From Vicinamibacteria bacterium (GTDB lineage: Bacteria > Acidobacteriota > Vicinamibacteria > Marinacidobacterales > Marinacidobacteraceae), in the NCBI GenBank assembly GCA_965199715.1, contig OZ241322.1, positions 416,001 through 480,000 on the forward strand: a stretch of 64,000 nt of DNA. The letters run 5' to 3'. Under the pieces are notes generated by a model that saw only the letters and a list, made by a program, of their open reading frames with translations, was not told where the DNA came from and did not search any database. Numbering within the stretch: the stretch's first letter is position 1; the number at the start of each line of letters is the position of its first letter. A program made the position numbers and the translations under genes. Of this stretch, positions 9,486 to 18,639 are shown in pieces.

Positions 9486-9803
9486 GTGACCAAGTTCGAT
9501 CGGGTGCACGAACTGGCGCGCGGCATTCCCGAGGGACGGGTCACGACTTACGGGCAGCTCGCTCGCGCCGCGTCCCGGGAGGGGCTGCGGCTGTCCGCCC
9601 GGGCCGCCGGGTGGGCGCTGCGCAACTGCCCCGACGGGGTTCCGTGGCACCGGGTGGTGAACGCCTCCGGCGAGCTCTCGGCGGAACTCCGGGGACAGTG
9701 TCCCGACGGGCTGCAGCGGGCGCTCCTCGAGCGCGAGCGAGTGCGCTTCGACGACGCCGGGCGCGTGCGGCTCGACTCCCATCTCTGGGAGCCCGGCTGC
9801 TAG
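9486..9803 (+). CDS. Alkyltransferase-like protein (ATL/YbaZ, MGMT family)
   Basis: IPEGRVTTYGQLA, ARAAGWAL and PWHRVVN (Trp in place of the catalytic Cys of PCHRV). Confidence 0.9.
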   Translation: MTKFDRVHELARGIPEGRVTTYGQLARAASREGLRLSARAAGWALRNCPDGVPWHRVVNASGELSAELRGQCPDGLQRALLERERVRFDDAGRVRLDSHLWEPGC

Positions 9804-9814
9804 GCTCGCCGGCG

Positions 9815-11131
9815 ATGCCCGAGTTCACCCGAAGGGAGGTGCTGGCCGCCGGCGCCGCGGCCGCCGCCATGCCCCGGGCGGCGGTCGCGGCGCCGCTGGC
9901 CGCGCCCCCGATCCCGCTGGTGCGCATCGGGTTCGTCGGGATCGGCGGGATGGGTTCGGTGCACGTGCGGAACCTGCTCGCGGTGGGAAAGGCCATCGGC
10001 GGTGTGGAGATCCGGGCGCTCTGCGACATCCGGCCCGAACACGCCGAAAGGGCGCGGGAGTGGGTGCGCGAGGCCGGCGGACCGGAGCCGAAGCTCTACA
10101 CGCGGGGAGAACGCGACTTCGAGCGGCTCGCCCAAGAGGAGGACCTCGACCTCGTGTTCACCGCCACGCCGTGGCGCTGGCACGTGCCGGTGATGCTCGC
10201 CGCAATGGAGAACGGCAAGCACGCGGCCACCGAGGTTCCGGCCGCGACCACGATCGACGACTGCTGGCGGCTCGTCGAAACCGCCGAGGCGACGGGTCGC
10301 CACGCGGTGATGATGGAGAACTGCAACTACGGGCGCCACGAGATGCTCGCGTTCCATCTCGTCCGGCTCGGGCTGCTCGGCGAGGTGCTGCACGCCGAGG
10401 GCGGCTATCTCCACGACCTGCGCTCGGTGAAGTTCTCGGATCGGGGCGAGGGACTCTGGCGGCGGGACTGGTCGCGCCTGCGCAACGCCAACCTCTATCC
10501 GACCCACGGGCTCGGGCCGGTGGCCAACTGCATGGACATCGGCCGGGGCGACCGGTTCGACTTCTTGGTCTCGATGAGCGGGCCGTCCCGGGGGCTCCAG
10601 GACTACGCGCGGGAGACCTTCCCCGAGAGCGCCCCCGAGCGCGACGAGCGGTTCCTGCTCGGGGACGTGAACCTGAGCCTCATCCGCACCGCCCGGGGGC
10701 GCACGATCACCGTCGTGCACGACACGAACCTGCCGCGGCCGTATAGCCGCATCCACGTCGTGCAGGGCACGAAGGGGATCGTCAGCGGCTACCCGCATCG
10801 GGTCCACGTCGAGGGGCGCAGCCCGGACCACCGGTGGGAGGACGCTTCGGCGTACTTCGACGAGTTCGAGCACCCGCTGTGGAGGGAGGTCGCGGGCCCC
10901 GGCGAGAACCTCGGGCACGGACGCATGGACTACCTCGAGGACTACCGGTTCATCCGCTGCCTCCAGGAGGGGCTGCCCACCGAGATGAACGTGTACGACG
11001 CCGCCGCGCTCTCGGCGGTCACCGACCTCTCGGAGCGCTCGGCGGCCGATCGGAGCCGACCGGTGGACTTCCCCGACTTCACCCGGGGCGCCTGGCGAAG
11101 CTTCCCGAAGCTGCCGGTCGTCGGGGCCTGA
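9815..11131 (+). CDS. Gfo/Idh/MocA oxidoreductase, GH109-like (alpha-N-acetylgalactosaminidase type), Tat-exported
   Basis: Tat motif TRREVL; GFVGIGGMG, ATEVP, MENCNY, LYPTHGLGP and GHGRMD. Confidence 0.88.
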   Translation: MPEFTRREVLAAGAAAAAMPRAAVAAPLAAPPIPLVRIGFVGIGGMGSVHVRNLLAVGKAIGGVEIRALCDIRPEHAERAREWVREAGGPEPKLYTRGERDFERLAQEEDLDLVFTATPWRWHVPVMLAAMENGKHAATEVPAATTIDDCWRLVETAEATGRHAVMMENCNYGRHEMLAFHLVRLGLLGEVLHAEGGYLHDLRSVKFSDRGEGLWRRDWSRLRNANLYPTHGLGPVANCMDIGRGDRFDFLVSMSGPSRGLQDYARETFPESAPERDERFLLGDVNLSLIRTARGRTITVVHDTNLPRPYSRIHVVQGTKGIVSGYPHRVHVEGRSPDHRWEDASAYFDEFEHPLWREVAGPGENLGHGRMDYLEDYRFIRCLQEGLPTEMNVYDAAALSAVTDLSERSAADRSRPVDFPDFTRGAWRSFPKLPVVGA

Positions 11132-11132
11132 G

Positions 11133-11921
11133 TCAGCGGCCGGGGCCGCGCTCCGGCGGGATCGGCGTCACCGCGCCGCGGCGGACCACCCAGCGGCCGT
11201 CCCGGAAGACCTCGGCCACGTTCGCGATCGCGCCGACGTCGGTCAGCGGGTCTCCCTCCACCACGAGCACGTCCGCGAGCTTGCCGACCTCGAGGCTTCC
11301 AAGCTCGTCGCCCATGCCGAGGGCCCGGGCGCTGTCGAGCGTGCCCGCCAGCAGCGCCTCGGCCTCGGTGAACCCGGCCTCGACACGCGCCTCCAGCTCC
11401 CGGACGTAGGCGCGGGGAAGGTCGCGGAAGCCGTCTCCGGCGAGCCCGAGTCCGACCCCCTCGACCTCGAGGGCGCGGTCGGCGAGGAAGATCCTGGGTC
11501 CGGGGATGCGGTTCTCCCGCACCCAGTCCCGCAGCGCGGACGCGACGGCGCCCGCCGAACCGACATCCCGGATCGACGTGATTCCGGACCAGAGGTACAG
11601 ATGGAGGCGCTCCAGCGCGCGGAGCGTCTGGCGCGCCGGATCGTCGGGTTCGGAGTCGGCGAGGCGCGCTTCGACGTCGATCAGGCCGGGCAGCACCGTG
11701 TGACCGGTCACGTCCAGCACGCGCGATCCCTCGGGCCACCCGGTCTCCCCCTCGGGGAGGAGCGCGGCGATCCGGTTGCGCTCCATGACGAGGGTCCCGA
11801 TTCGCGAATCGGATCCGGTCCCGTCGAACACGAAGCCGCCCCAGAGCACCGTGGTCCCCTCCGGCCCCTGCGCCCCGATCAGTGCAAGGGCGAGCGGGAG
11901 AAGCGCGAACGCGCGCCGCAC
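11133..11921 (-). CDS. Short, degenerate amidohydrolase-family protein with signal peptide
   Basis: TVLPGLIDVEARL (no HxH), GITSIRDVG and LGSLEVGKLADVLVV; only 262 aa. Confidence 0.7.
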   Translation of the reverse strand: MRRAFALLPLALALIGAQGPEGTTVLWGGFVFDGTGSDSRIGTLVMERNRIAALLPEGETGWPEGSRVLDVTGHTVLPGLIDVEARLADSEPDDPARQTLRALERLHLYLWSGITSIRDVGSAGAVASALRDWVRENRIPGPRIFLADRALEVEGVGLGLAGDGFRDLPRAYVRELEARVEAGFTEAEALLAGTLDSARALGMGDELGSLEVGKLADVLVVEGDPLTDVGAIANVAEVFRDGRWVVRRGAVTPIPPERGPGR

Positions 11922-11922
11922 G

Positions 11923-13650
11923 TCAGGCCTGATGCATCGTCTTGCCGCCCACCACGGTGCGGTGGATGGCGATCTCCTTCAGGCGGTCCGGCTCGTTCTC
12001 GGCGACGTCGTGCGGGTCTTCCTCGAGCACCACGAAGTCGGCCAGCTTGCCGATCTTGATGCTCCCCTTGATGTTCTCCTCGAAGGAGGCCCACGCGCCG
12101 TTGATCGTGCCGATGCGCAGCGCCTCGTCCATGTTCACCTTCTGGTTGTCGCCCCAGATGCGGCCTTGGGTGTCCTTGCGGGTGATCATGGCCTGGAGCG
12201 CCATCATCGGCTCGTAGGGCCCGGGGACGTAGTCGGAGGCGCCCGCGACCTTGATGTCGTGGTCGAGGAAGGATCGGTGGGCGAACATCCACTTCATCTT
12301 TTCCTCGCCGTACTCCACCCACTTGTTCCCGTGGTAGTGGACATAGGTCCAGAACGGGGTCGGAATCGAGCCGGTGTCGTGGATCCGCCGGAGCAGCTCC
12401 GGGTTCACGAGCGAGCAGTGTTCGATGCGGTGGCGCGCGTCCCTCGGGGCCTCGGCCAGCACCTTCTCGTAGGCGTCGAGCACGTAGCCGATCGTGAGGT
12501 CGCCGTTGGCGTGGATGCCGATGTGGAAGTCGTGGGCGTGCGACTCCTCCACCGCCTCCATGATCTCCTCGGGGGTCATGGTCAGGATGCCGTGGTCGTC
12601 GGTGCCCTCGTAGGGGGTGCTCATGTACATCGTGCGGCCCGACGCCGAGCCGTCCGCCCCGTACTTGACCGCTCCGATGCGCAGCCACTCGTTGCCGAAC
12701 CCCCGGTGGATGCCCGCTTCCTTGAGGCCGGAGTAGAGGTCGGAAGCCGCCGAGGCGAAGTAGTACATCCGGTAGCGGAGCTCGCCGGCGGCGTAGGCGT
12801 CCTCGAGCGCCCGGAGGCCCTCGGAGTCGCCGCCGGTCTGGTGCACGCTCGTGATCCCGGCGGCGGTCATGAGCTGCGACATGTGGGCCACGCCCGCCTG
12901 GTAGTCGGCCCTCGCGTAGACCCGGCGCTCGCCCACGCCCCGGAAGACGTCCTGCGCCTTCTCCTCGACGAGGCCGGTGAGTTCGCCGCTCGCGTCCTTC
13001 TCGAACCGGCCGCCCGGCGGATCGGCGATGTTGCGATCGACTCCGGCCATCTCGAACGCCTTCGAGTTGTACCACGCGATGTGGCCGCCCCGGTGGGAGA
13101 CCCGCACCGGCACGTGGAGCGCCGCCTCGTCCAGATCCTGGCGGGTGATGCGCCGGTACTCACCGCTCTCGTCGGTGACCTTGGTGTCGTCGTACTTGAA
13201 GCCGTCCACCCAGTAGCCGGCCCGGGTGTCGGCGGCGGCGGCCCGGATGGCGAGCTTGATGTCGTCGATGGTGCGGACGTCGAGGTTCACCTCGAACAGA
13301 TCGCGCATCCCGCCCGGATGGCAGTGGGCGTCGATGAACCCCGGCACGACCGTCATGCCTCCCGCGTCCACGACCTCGGTGGCCGGGCCGGCGAGGTTCA
13401 TCACGTCGTCGTTGGAGCCGACCGCGACGAACTTGCCGTGGTTCACGGCGAGCGCCTCGGCGCGGTCCATGGTCGCCGCTCCCTCGCCGTACTCGGCGGT
13501 GTACACCCGCGCGTTGCGGACGATCATCTGCGGCGGCGCGGAGCCGCCCCCGCCCTGGCCGCACGCGGTCGCGAGCCCGGCCGCCGCGGCGGCTCCGCTG
13601 AGCTTCAGGAACTCGGCGCGGCTGACGTTCTTCTGGAGCAAACGGGACAT
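11923..13650 (-). CDS. Amidohydrolase_3 (YtcJ-like) lipoprotein
   Basis: PGFIDAHCH, DGSASGRT, IHANGD, RHRIEH, ASD and GKLADFVVL; lipobox LATAC; GGAGG RBS. Confidence 0.9.
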   Translation of the reverse strand: MSRLLQKNVSRAEFLKLSGAAAAAGLATACGQGGGGSAPPQMIVRNARVYTAEYGEGAATMDRAEALAVNHGKFVAVGSNDDVMNLAGPATEVVDAGGMTVVPGFIDAHCHPGGMRDLFEVNLDVRTIDDIKLAIRAAAADTRAGYWVDGFKYDDTKVTDESGEYRRITRQDLDEAALHVPVRVSHRGGHIAWYNSKAFEMAGVDRNIADPPGGRFEKDASGELTGLVEEKAQDVFRGVGERRVYARADYQAGVAHMSQLMTAAGITSVHQTGGDSEGLRALEDAYAAGELRYRMYYFASAASDLYSGLKEAGIHRGFGNEWLRIGAVKYGADGSASGRTMYMSTPYEGTDDHGILTMTPEEIMEAVEESHAHDFHIGIHANGDLTIGYVLDAYEKVLAEAPRDARHRIEHCSLVNPELLRRIHDTGSIPTPFWTYVHYHGNKWVEYGEEKMKWMFAHRSFLDHDIKVAGASDYVPGPYEPMMALQAMITRKDTQGRIWGDNQKVNMDEALRIGTINGAWASFEENIKGSIKIGKLADFVVLEEDPHDVAENEPDRLKEIAIHRTVVGGKTMHQA

Positions 13651-13673
13651 GGTCGCCTCCTGAGAAAACCCAA

Positions 13674-16600
13674 TTAACGCACACTCGGGGGGCGCGGGGT
13701 GAGCCGGGGCGGCCCGCCGTCCCGCAGCGCCTCGTTCAGCGCGGCGATCCGGGCGCGCACGGCCTCCCACGCCGCGATCCGCTCCTCGTACTCGGCGCCG
13801 AGGGCGTCCATGCGGGCGAGCGTCTCGGCGCCGGGAGCCTCGGTGTAGGCGTCGAGGTTCCGGGCCTCGCCGGCGATCCGGGCGAAGAGCGGCCTCGGCC
13901 CCGGGGAGAAGCGCTGGCGGCCCTCGGTCCGCGAGAGGTTCCGCGTCGCCTCGGCGGCCGCCTCATGGAACTCGGAGACGCGCGTCTTCAGCTCGCCGTC
14001 CGGCTCCTCCGCGAACGCCTCGACCAGCGCCGCGGCCTCCTTCGCGGCCGCGTCAGCGGCCTCGTGGGCGCGGTGCATCCCGGAGATCATCCCGGTGAGC
14101 CGGATGAGCGCGGCGTGGTTCGCCCGCCGGTCGGCCTCCGGAATCATGATCCGCGGATCCTCGGAGACGGCGACCGTTCCCTCGGCGGCGGCGGCGCCGC
14201 TCGCGACCCGGACCGAGAACGTTCCGGGAAGGGTGCGCGGACCCGACGGAGGCCCGCCGAACCCCTGCCCTGCCCCGGGGACCGGCGGATCGTGCCGGAG
14301 GTCCCACGCGATCCGGTTCAGCCCGGGCTCCAGCTCCGCCTCGAGCGTCCGCACGGTCGCGCCGTCGCCGCCCGTCACCGTCACCGACGCCTTTCCCGCC
14401 TCGGCGGCGTACACGTGCAGCAGCGCGCCTTCGGGCGGGTTCTCGGCGATGAAGAACTTGTGGCCGGTGTTGCCCTTGTGCGTGTACATCCGCCACTGGA
14501 CAGCGGCCCGCACCGGGAACAGGTGGAGCGGCTTCTCGAAGACCGAGGCGTCGAGCGAACTCAGCGGGGCGATGTCGTCGGCGATCCAGACGCTGCGCCC
14601 GTGCGTTCCGAGGATGAGGTCGTTCTCGCGGGGGTGGATCGCGAGGTCGTCCACCGGGACGGTCGGGATCTGGCCGCGGATGCGATGCCAGTTCGCGCCC
14701 CGGTCGAGCGTCAGATAGACCCCGAACTCCCCGCCGGCGACGAGCAGGTTCTCGTTGTCGTGGTGCTCGCGGATGACGTTCAGCGCCGCCTCCGGCGGGA
14801 GCGTGGCGGCGAGCGAGCGGAAGCGGTCGCCGTAGTCGTCGCTCGCGAAGACCCACGTGCGGTAGTCGTCGTTGCGGTGCCCGTCGAGGGTGACGTAGAG
14901 CCGGCCCGCCGCGTGCGCGGAGGCGACCAGCCGGGTCACGTAGGTCCGGTCGGGGACGCCGGGGAGGTTTCCGGTCAGGTCGTCCCAGTTCGCGCCGCCG
15001 TCGCGGCTGCGCATCAGGTTCCCGTCGTCGGCCCCCGCGTAGATCACGCCGACCTCGAGCGGCGAGACCGCGATGGTCACGATCTGGCCGTAGGTCGAGA
15101 TGCCGTCGTGCCGCGAGAGCGCGTCCTCGGTCACCGGAATCCCCATGATCGGCAGCTCGTCGCGATCGATGCGCTTGGTCAGGTCCTCGGTGCGGGTCCA
15201 TGCGTCGCCTCGGTTCGTGGAGATGAAGAGCCGGTTGCCGCCGTAGAGCACGGTGTTCGGGTCGTGGGGCGAGATCACGATCGGGCTGTTCCAGTCGAAG
15301 CGGTAGCGCTCGCCGGCGTCCTCGGGCTGGGGGCGGATGAGCTTGGTCTCGGAGGTGCGGCGGTTCAGCCGGCGCAGGTTGCCGTTCTGCGACTCGACGT
15401 ACACGGTGTCCGGGTCGTTGGGGATCGCCTGCGTGTAGAAGCCGTCGCCGCCGCCCACGCGGAACCAGTCCTCGTTGCTGATCCCCTGGCGGAAGAAGGT
15501 GCGCGACGGGGCCGCCCAGCTTCCGTTGTCCTGGAGGCCGCCGTATACCAGGTAGGGCGTGCTCATGTCGTGCCCGATCTCGTAGAACTGGCCAAGCGGG
15601 ATCGTGTTCACGAAGTCCCAGGTGCGCCCCCGGTCCCACGAGATGTGGATCCCGCCGTCGTTGCCGAGCACCATGTGGTTCGAGTCGGCGGGGTTGATCC
15701 ACAGCGCGTGGTGGTCCACGTGGATGCGCTGGACCCAGTCGGTGTCGAAGGTGCGGCCCCCGTCCTGCGAGTAGTGGATCCGGGTGCCCAGGACCCAGAT
15801 GCGCTGGTCGTTATTGGGATCGATGCGGATCTGGCTGTAGTACATCGGGCGCGGGTTCGTGTCGCTCATCCGCTCCCAGGTGAGCCCGCGGTCCTCGGAG
15901 CGGAACACGCCGCCGTCCCGGTGCTCGACGATCGCGTACACGATCCGCGGATCCCGGCGATAGACCGCGAGCCCGATGCGGCCGACGTCCCCCTCGGGGA
16001 GGCCCCCGCCGAGCTTCGTCCACGTCTCCCCGCCGTCGGTGGTGCGGTGGATTCCGCCGCCCGGCCCCCCGCCCGCGAAGCCGTAGGCGCGCCGACGGCG
16101 CTGGTAGAGCGCCGCGTAGAGGATGTCCGGGCTCGCCCGGTCCATCGCGAGCTCGACGGCGCCGGTGTTCTCGTCACCGAAGAGCGTTCGGTCCCAGGTC
16201 TCCCCGCCGTCGCGCGTCCGATAGACGCCGCGCTCCTCGTTGGGTCCCCACAGGTGGCCGAGCGCCGCGACGTACGCCGTCTCGGGATCCGTCGGGTGCA
16301 CGAGCACCCGGCCGATGTGGTGGGTGTCCTCGAGGCCCTTGTGCTCCCACGTGGTTCCGCCGTCCCTCGAGAGGTACACCCCGTTGCCCCACGAGCTGCT
16401 CTGGCGGTTCGCCGGTTCGCCGGTGCCCACCCAGACGACCGAGGGGTCCGACGGGGCGACCGCGACCGAGCCGATCGAGGAGACCTCCTCGTTCTGGAAC
16501 TGGGGGATCCACGTCGTGCCGTGGTTCTCGGTCTTCCAGAGGCCGGCGCTCGCGGTGGCCATCCAGAAGATGCGCGGATCGGACTCGACGACGGCGACGT

Positions 16601-16763
16601 CGTCGATCCGGCCTCCCATGATCGCCGGGCCGATGTTCCGCCACTCGATCCGGTTCAGGATGGACTCGACCTGCTCCCGGGTCTGGGCGAGGCCGGAGCC
16701 CGCCGAAGCGAGCAGGAGAAGCAGCAGCGCGGCCAAGCGGCGCGCGGTCGGCGAAACGAACAT
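13674..16763 (-). CDS. VPS10/BNR-repeat glycosyl hydrolase-like exported protein
   Basis: Signal peptide, WRNIGPAIMGGRI, many S/TxDGGxTW Asp-boxes, GGLQDNG and GGGDGF. Confidence 0.9.
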   Translation of the reverse strand: MFVSPTARRLAALLLLLLASAGSGLAQTREQVESILNRIEWRNIGPAIMGGRIDDVAVVESDPRIFWMATASAGLWKTENHGTTWIPQFQNEEVSSIGSVAVAPSDPSVVWVGTGEPANRQSSSWGNGVYLSRDGGTTWEHKGLEDTHHIGRVLVHPTDPETAYVAALGHLWGPNEERGVYRTRDGGETWDRTLFGDENTGAVELAMDRASPDILYAALYQRRRRAYGFAGGGPGGGIHRTTDGGETWTKLGGGLPEGDVGRIGLAVYRRDPRIVYAIVEHRDGGVFRSEDRGLTWERMSDTNPRPMYYSQIRIDPNNDQRIWVLGTRIHYSQDGGRTFDTDWVQRIHVDHHALWINPADSNHMVLGNDGGIHISWDRGRTWDFVNTIPLGQFYEIGHDMSTPYLVYGGLQDNGSWAAPSRTFFRQGISNEDWFRVGGGDGFYTQAIPNDPDTVYVESQNGNLRRLNRRTSETKLIRPQPEDAGERYRFDWNSPIVISPHDPNTVLYGGNRLFISTNRGDAWTRTEDLTKRIDRDELPIMGIPVTEDALSRHDGISTYGQIVTIAVSPLEVGVIYAGADDGNLMRSRDGGANWDDLTGNLPGVPDRTYVTRLVASAHAAGRLYVTLDGHRNDDYRTWVFASDDYGDRFRSLAATLPPEAALNVIREHHDNENLLVAGGEFGVYLTLDRGANWHRIRGQIPTVPVDDLAIHPRENDLILGTHGRSVWIADDIAPLSSLDASVFEKPLHLFPVRAAVQWRMYTHKGNTGHKFFIAENPPEGALLHVYAAEAGKASVTVTGGDGATVRTLEAELEPGLNRIAWDLRHDPPVPGAGQGFGGPPSGPRTLPGTFSVRVASGAAAAEGTVAVSEDPRIMIPEADRRANHAALIRLTGMISGMHRAHEAADAAAKEAAALVEAFAEEPDGELKTRVSEFHEAAAEATRNLSRTEGRQRFSPGPRPLFARIAGEARNLDAYTEAPGAETLARMDALGAEYEERIAAWEAVRARIAALNEALRDGGPPRLTPRPPSVR

Positions 16764-16821
16764 GGAGGAACCTCCGGGGCGGCGCGTGAAGCGGGCGAGC
16801 GTACAACACGCCCGCCCGGTC

Positions 16822-18615
16822 TCAGGTCCGGCGTTCCACGGTCACGGAGACGATGTCCACCTCGTGATAATTTCGGTGGCGCACCGCCGCCGCGTGGTGG
16901 CGCAGGAGGCGCAGCGAGAGGTCGCGCTCCATCGAGGCGCCCGCGGGATCGCCCAGCGCGAACAGCCGATCCTCGATGTTCCCCTCGGAAGGCGCCGCCA
17001 CGAACTCCACCTCCACCGAACGGGCGTCGCCCCGGGCGCTCACCCGAAGCTTCCGGTCCGAAGCCTTGTCCTCGCCGCCGAGCACGAGGAGCCCCGCGGT
17101 GGGAATCCCGGTTCCGCGGGATGGTCCTGAAGAAGCCTCGTCCTCGCCGCCGAGCACGAGGAGCGCCTCCTCGCCGGTCGAGCGCAGCCGCTCGCGCGAA
17201 CGCTCGTCCCAGCGGCGACCCTCGGCCCAGGAGACGAGGAAGTCGTCCAGCTTCGGCATCGCGCCCGTATCCAGCGTCGTCTCGAGGCGGAAGGTCTTCG
17301 GGCCGGTGGCGTGGAGGAACAGCATCAGGAGCAGGATCGCCGCGCCGCCCGCGGTCATGCCGTTCCCGAGCAGCGCCCCCCAGAACTCCCCGAGCGAGTC
17401 GGAAAAGATAAGGCCCCCCTGGAATCCCGCGCCGATCCAGTACGCGACTCCGATGACGGTGGCGGCGCGGAAGTCCACGCCGTCGCGGACCGCGACGCGC
17501 GCCCCGATCACGAAAAGGACGCCGATCAACACGAAGATGTATCCGGCGATGACCGGATCGGGGAGCGCGATCAGCAGCGCCGCCGCCTTGGGCACGAACG
17601 CGACGACCAGGAAAAAGGCGCCGATGTAGATCCCGACCCGGCGCGAGGCCACGCCGGTGAGCTCGGTGAGCGAGATGCTGCTCGAGTACGTCGTGTTGGG
17701 CGGCACCCCGAGCGCGCCGGAGAGCAGGTTCCCCACTCCGTCGGCGCCGAGCGCTCCCTGGACCACGCGGTAGTCTGGGGCGCGGCGCTTGCGCCACGAG
17801 ACCTGCTGGATGGCGACGGCGTCGCCGAGCGTCTCGATGGCCCCCACCAGCGTGACGAGGACGAACGCCGGAAGCAGCGCCCAGAAGGCCGGACCGAAGG
17901 AGAGATCCAGACCTGGCCACGCCGAGTCGGGAAGACCGATCCACGCCGCCTCGCCGACAGGCCGGTAGTCGCCGAGCCCTAGGAAGGCGGCGAGCGTCGC
18001 CCCGATGACGACCCCGATGATCGGCCCCCACAGGCGCAGAATTCCCGGGGCCCGCAGCGCCATCCCGACCGCGATGAGCATGGTGACGGCGAACGCCGCC
18101 GGAGCGGCGTTCGGGGACGCGCCGGCGGTGGAGTTGTCCATCATGTCGAAGACGATGGGCATGACCGTCACCGCGATCAGCATGATGATCGTGCCGGCGA
18201 CCGCGGGCGTGATGATCCGTCGCACCGCGGCCATCCGGCGCACCAGCAGGAACTGGAAGAACGACGAGGCCACCACGAGCGTCGCGAGCAGGCCCGGCCC
18301 GCCCTCGACCAGCGCGGTCACGCACACCGAGATGAACGCTCCGGACGTGCCCATCATGAGGACGTGGCCGGCGCCGAGGCGCCCGAGCCGGACCGCCTGC
18401 AGCATCGTGGTGAGTCCGCTGATCAGCAGCGCCCCGAAGACGGACCAAGCGACCCATGACTCGGCGGCGCCCGCCGCTCGGGCGATGATGAGCGGCGTGA
18501 TGGCGATCCCGCCGACGGTGAGGACGGCGGCCTGGACTCCGAGGCCGGCCGCGATCCACTCGGGCGGTCGCTCGTCGGGCTGGTAGCGGACATCCCGCTC
18601 GGCGGACTCACTCAT
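16822..18615 (-). CDS. NCS2 (xanthine/uracil) family permease with a C-terminal soluble domain
   Basis: About 13 hydrophobic helices, ETLGD and the NCS2 signature-like PNTTYSSSISLTELTGVASR; about 150-aa soluble tail. Confidence 0.85.
   Translation of the reverse strand: MSESAERDVRYQPDERPPEWIAAGLGVQAAVLTVGGIAITPLIIARAAGAAESWVAWSVFGALLISGLTTMLQAVRLGRLGAGHVLMMGTSGAFISVCVTALVEGGPGLLATLVVASSFFQFLLVRRMAAVRRIITPAVAGTIIMLIAVTVMPIVFDMMDNSTAGASPNAAPAAFAVTMLIAVGMALRAPGILRLWGPIIGVVIGATLAAFLGLGDYRPVGEAAWIGLPDSAWPGLDLSFGPAFWALLPAFVLVTLVGAIETLGDAVAIQQVSWRKRRAPDYRVVQGALGADGVGNLLSGALGVPPNTTYSSSISLTELTGVASRRVGIYIGAFFLVVAFVPKAAALLIALPDPVIAGYIFVLIGVLFVIGARVAVRDGVDFRAATVIGVAYWIGAGFQGGLIFSDSLGEFWGALLGNGMTAGGAAILLLMLFLHATGPKTFRLETTLDTGAMPKLDDFLVSWAEGRRWDERSRERLRSTGEEALLVLGGEDEASSGPSRGTGIPTAGLLVLGGEDKASDRKLRVSARGDARSVEVEFVAAPSEGNIEDRLFALGDPAGASMERDLSLRLLRHHAAAVRHRNYHEVDIVSVTVERRT
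17060..17164. repeat. 33-bp direct repeat pair (72-bp period) inside the NCS2 gene
   Basis: gaagcctYgtcctcgccgccgagcacgaggagc at 17060-17092 and 17132-17164 with one mismatch; gives LLVLGGEDxAS twice. Confidence 0.85.
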
Positions 18616-18639
18616 GCTGACCTCTGGGCTTTCGGCGAA

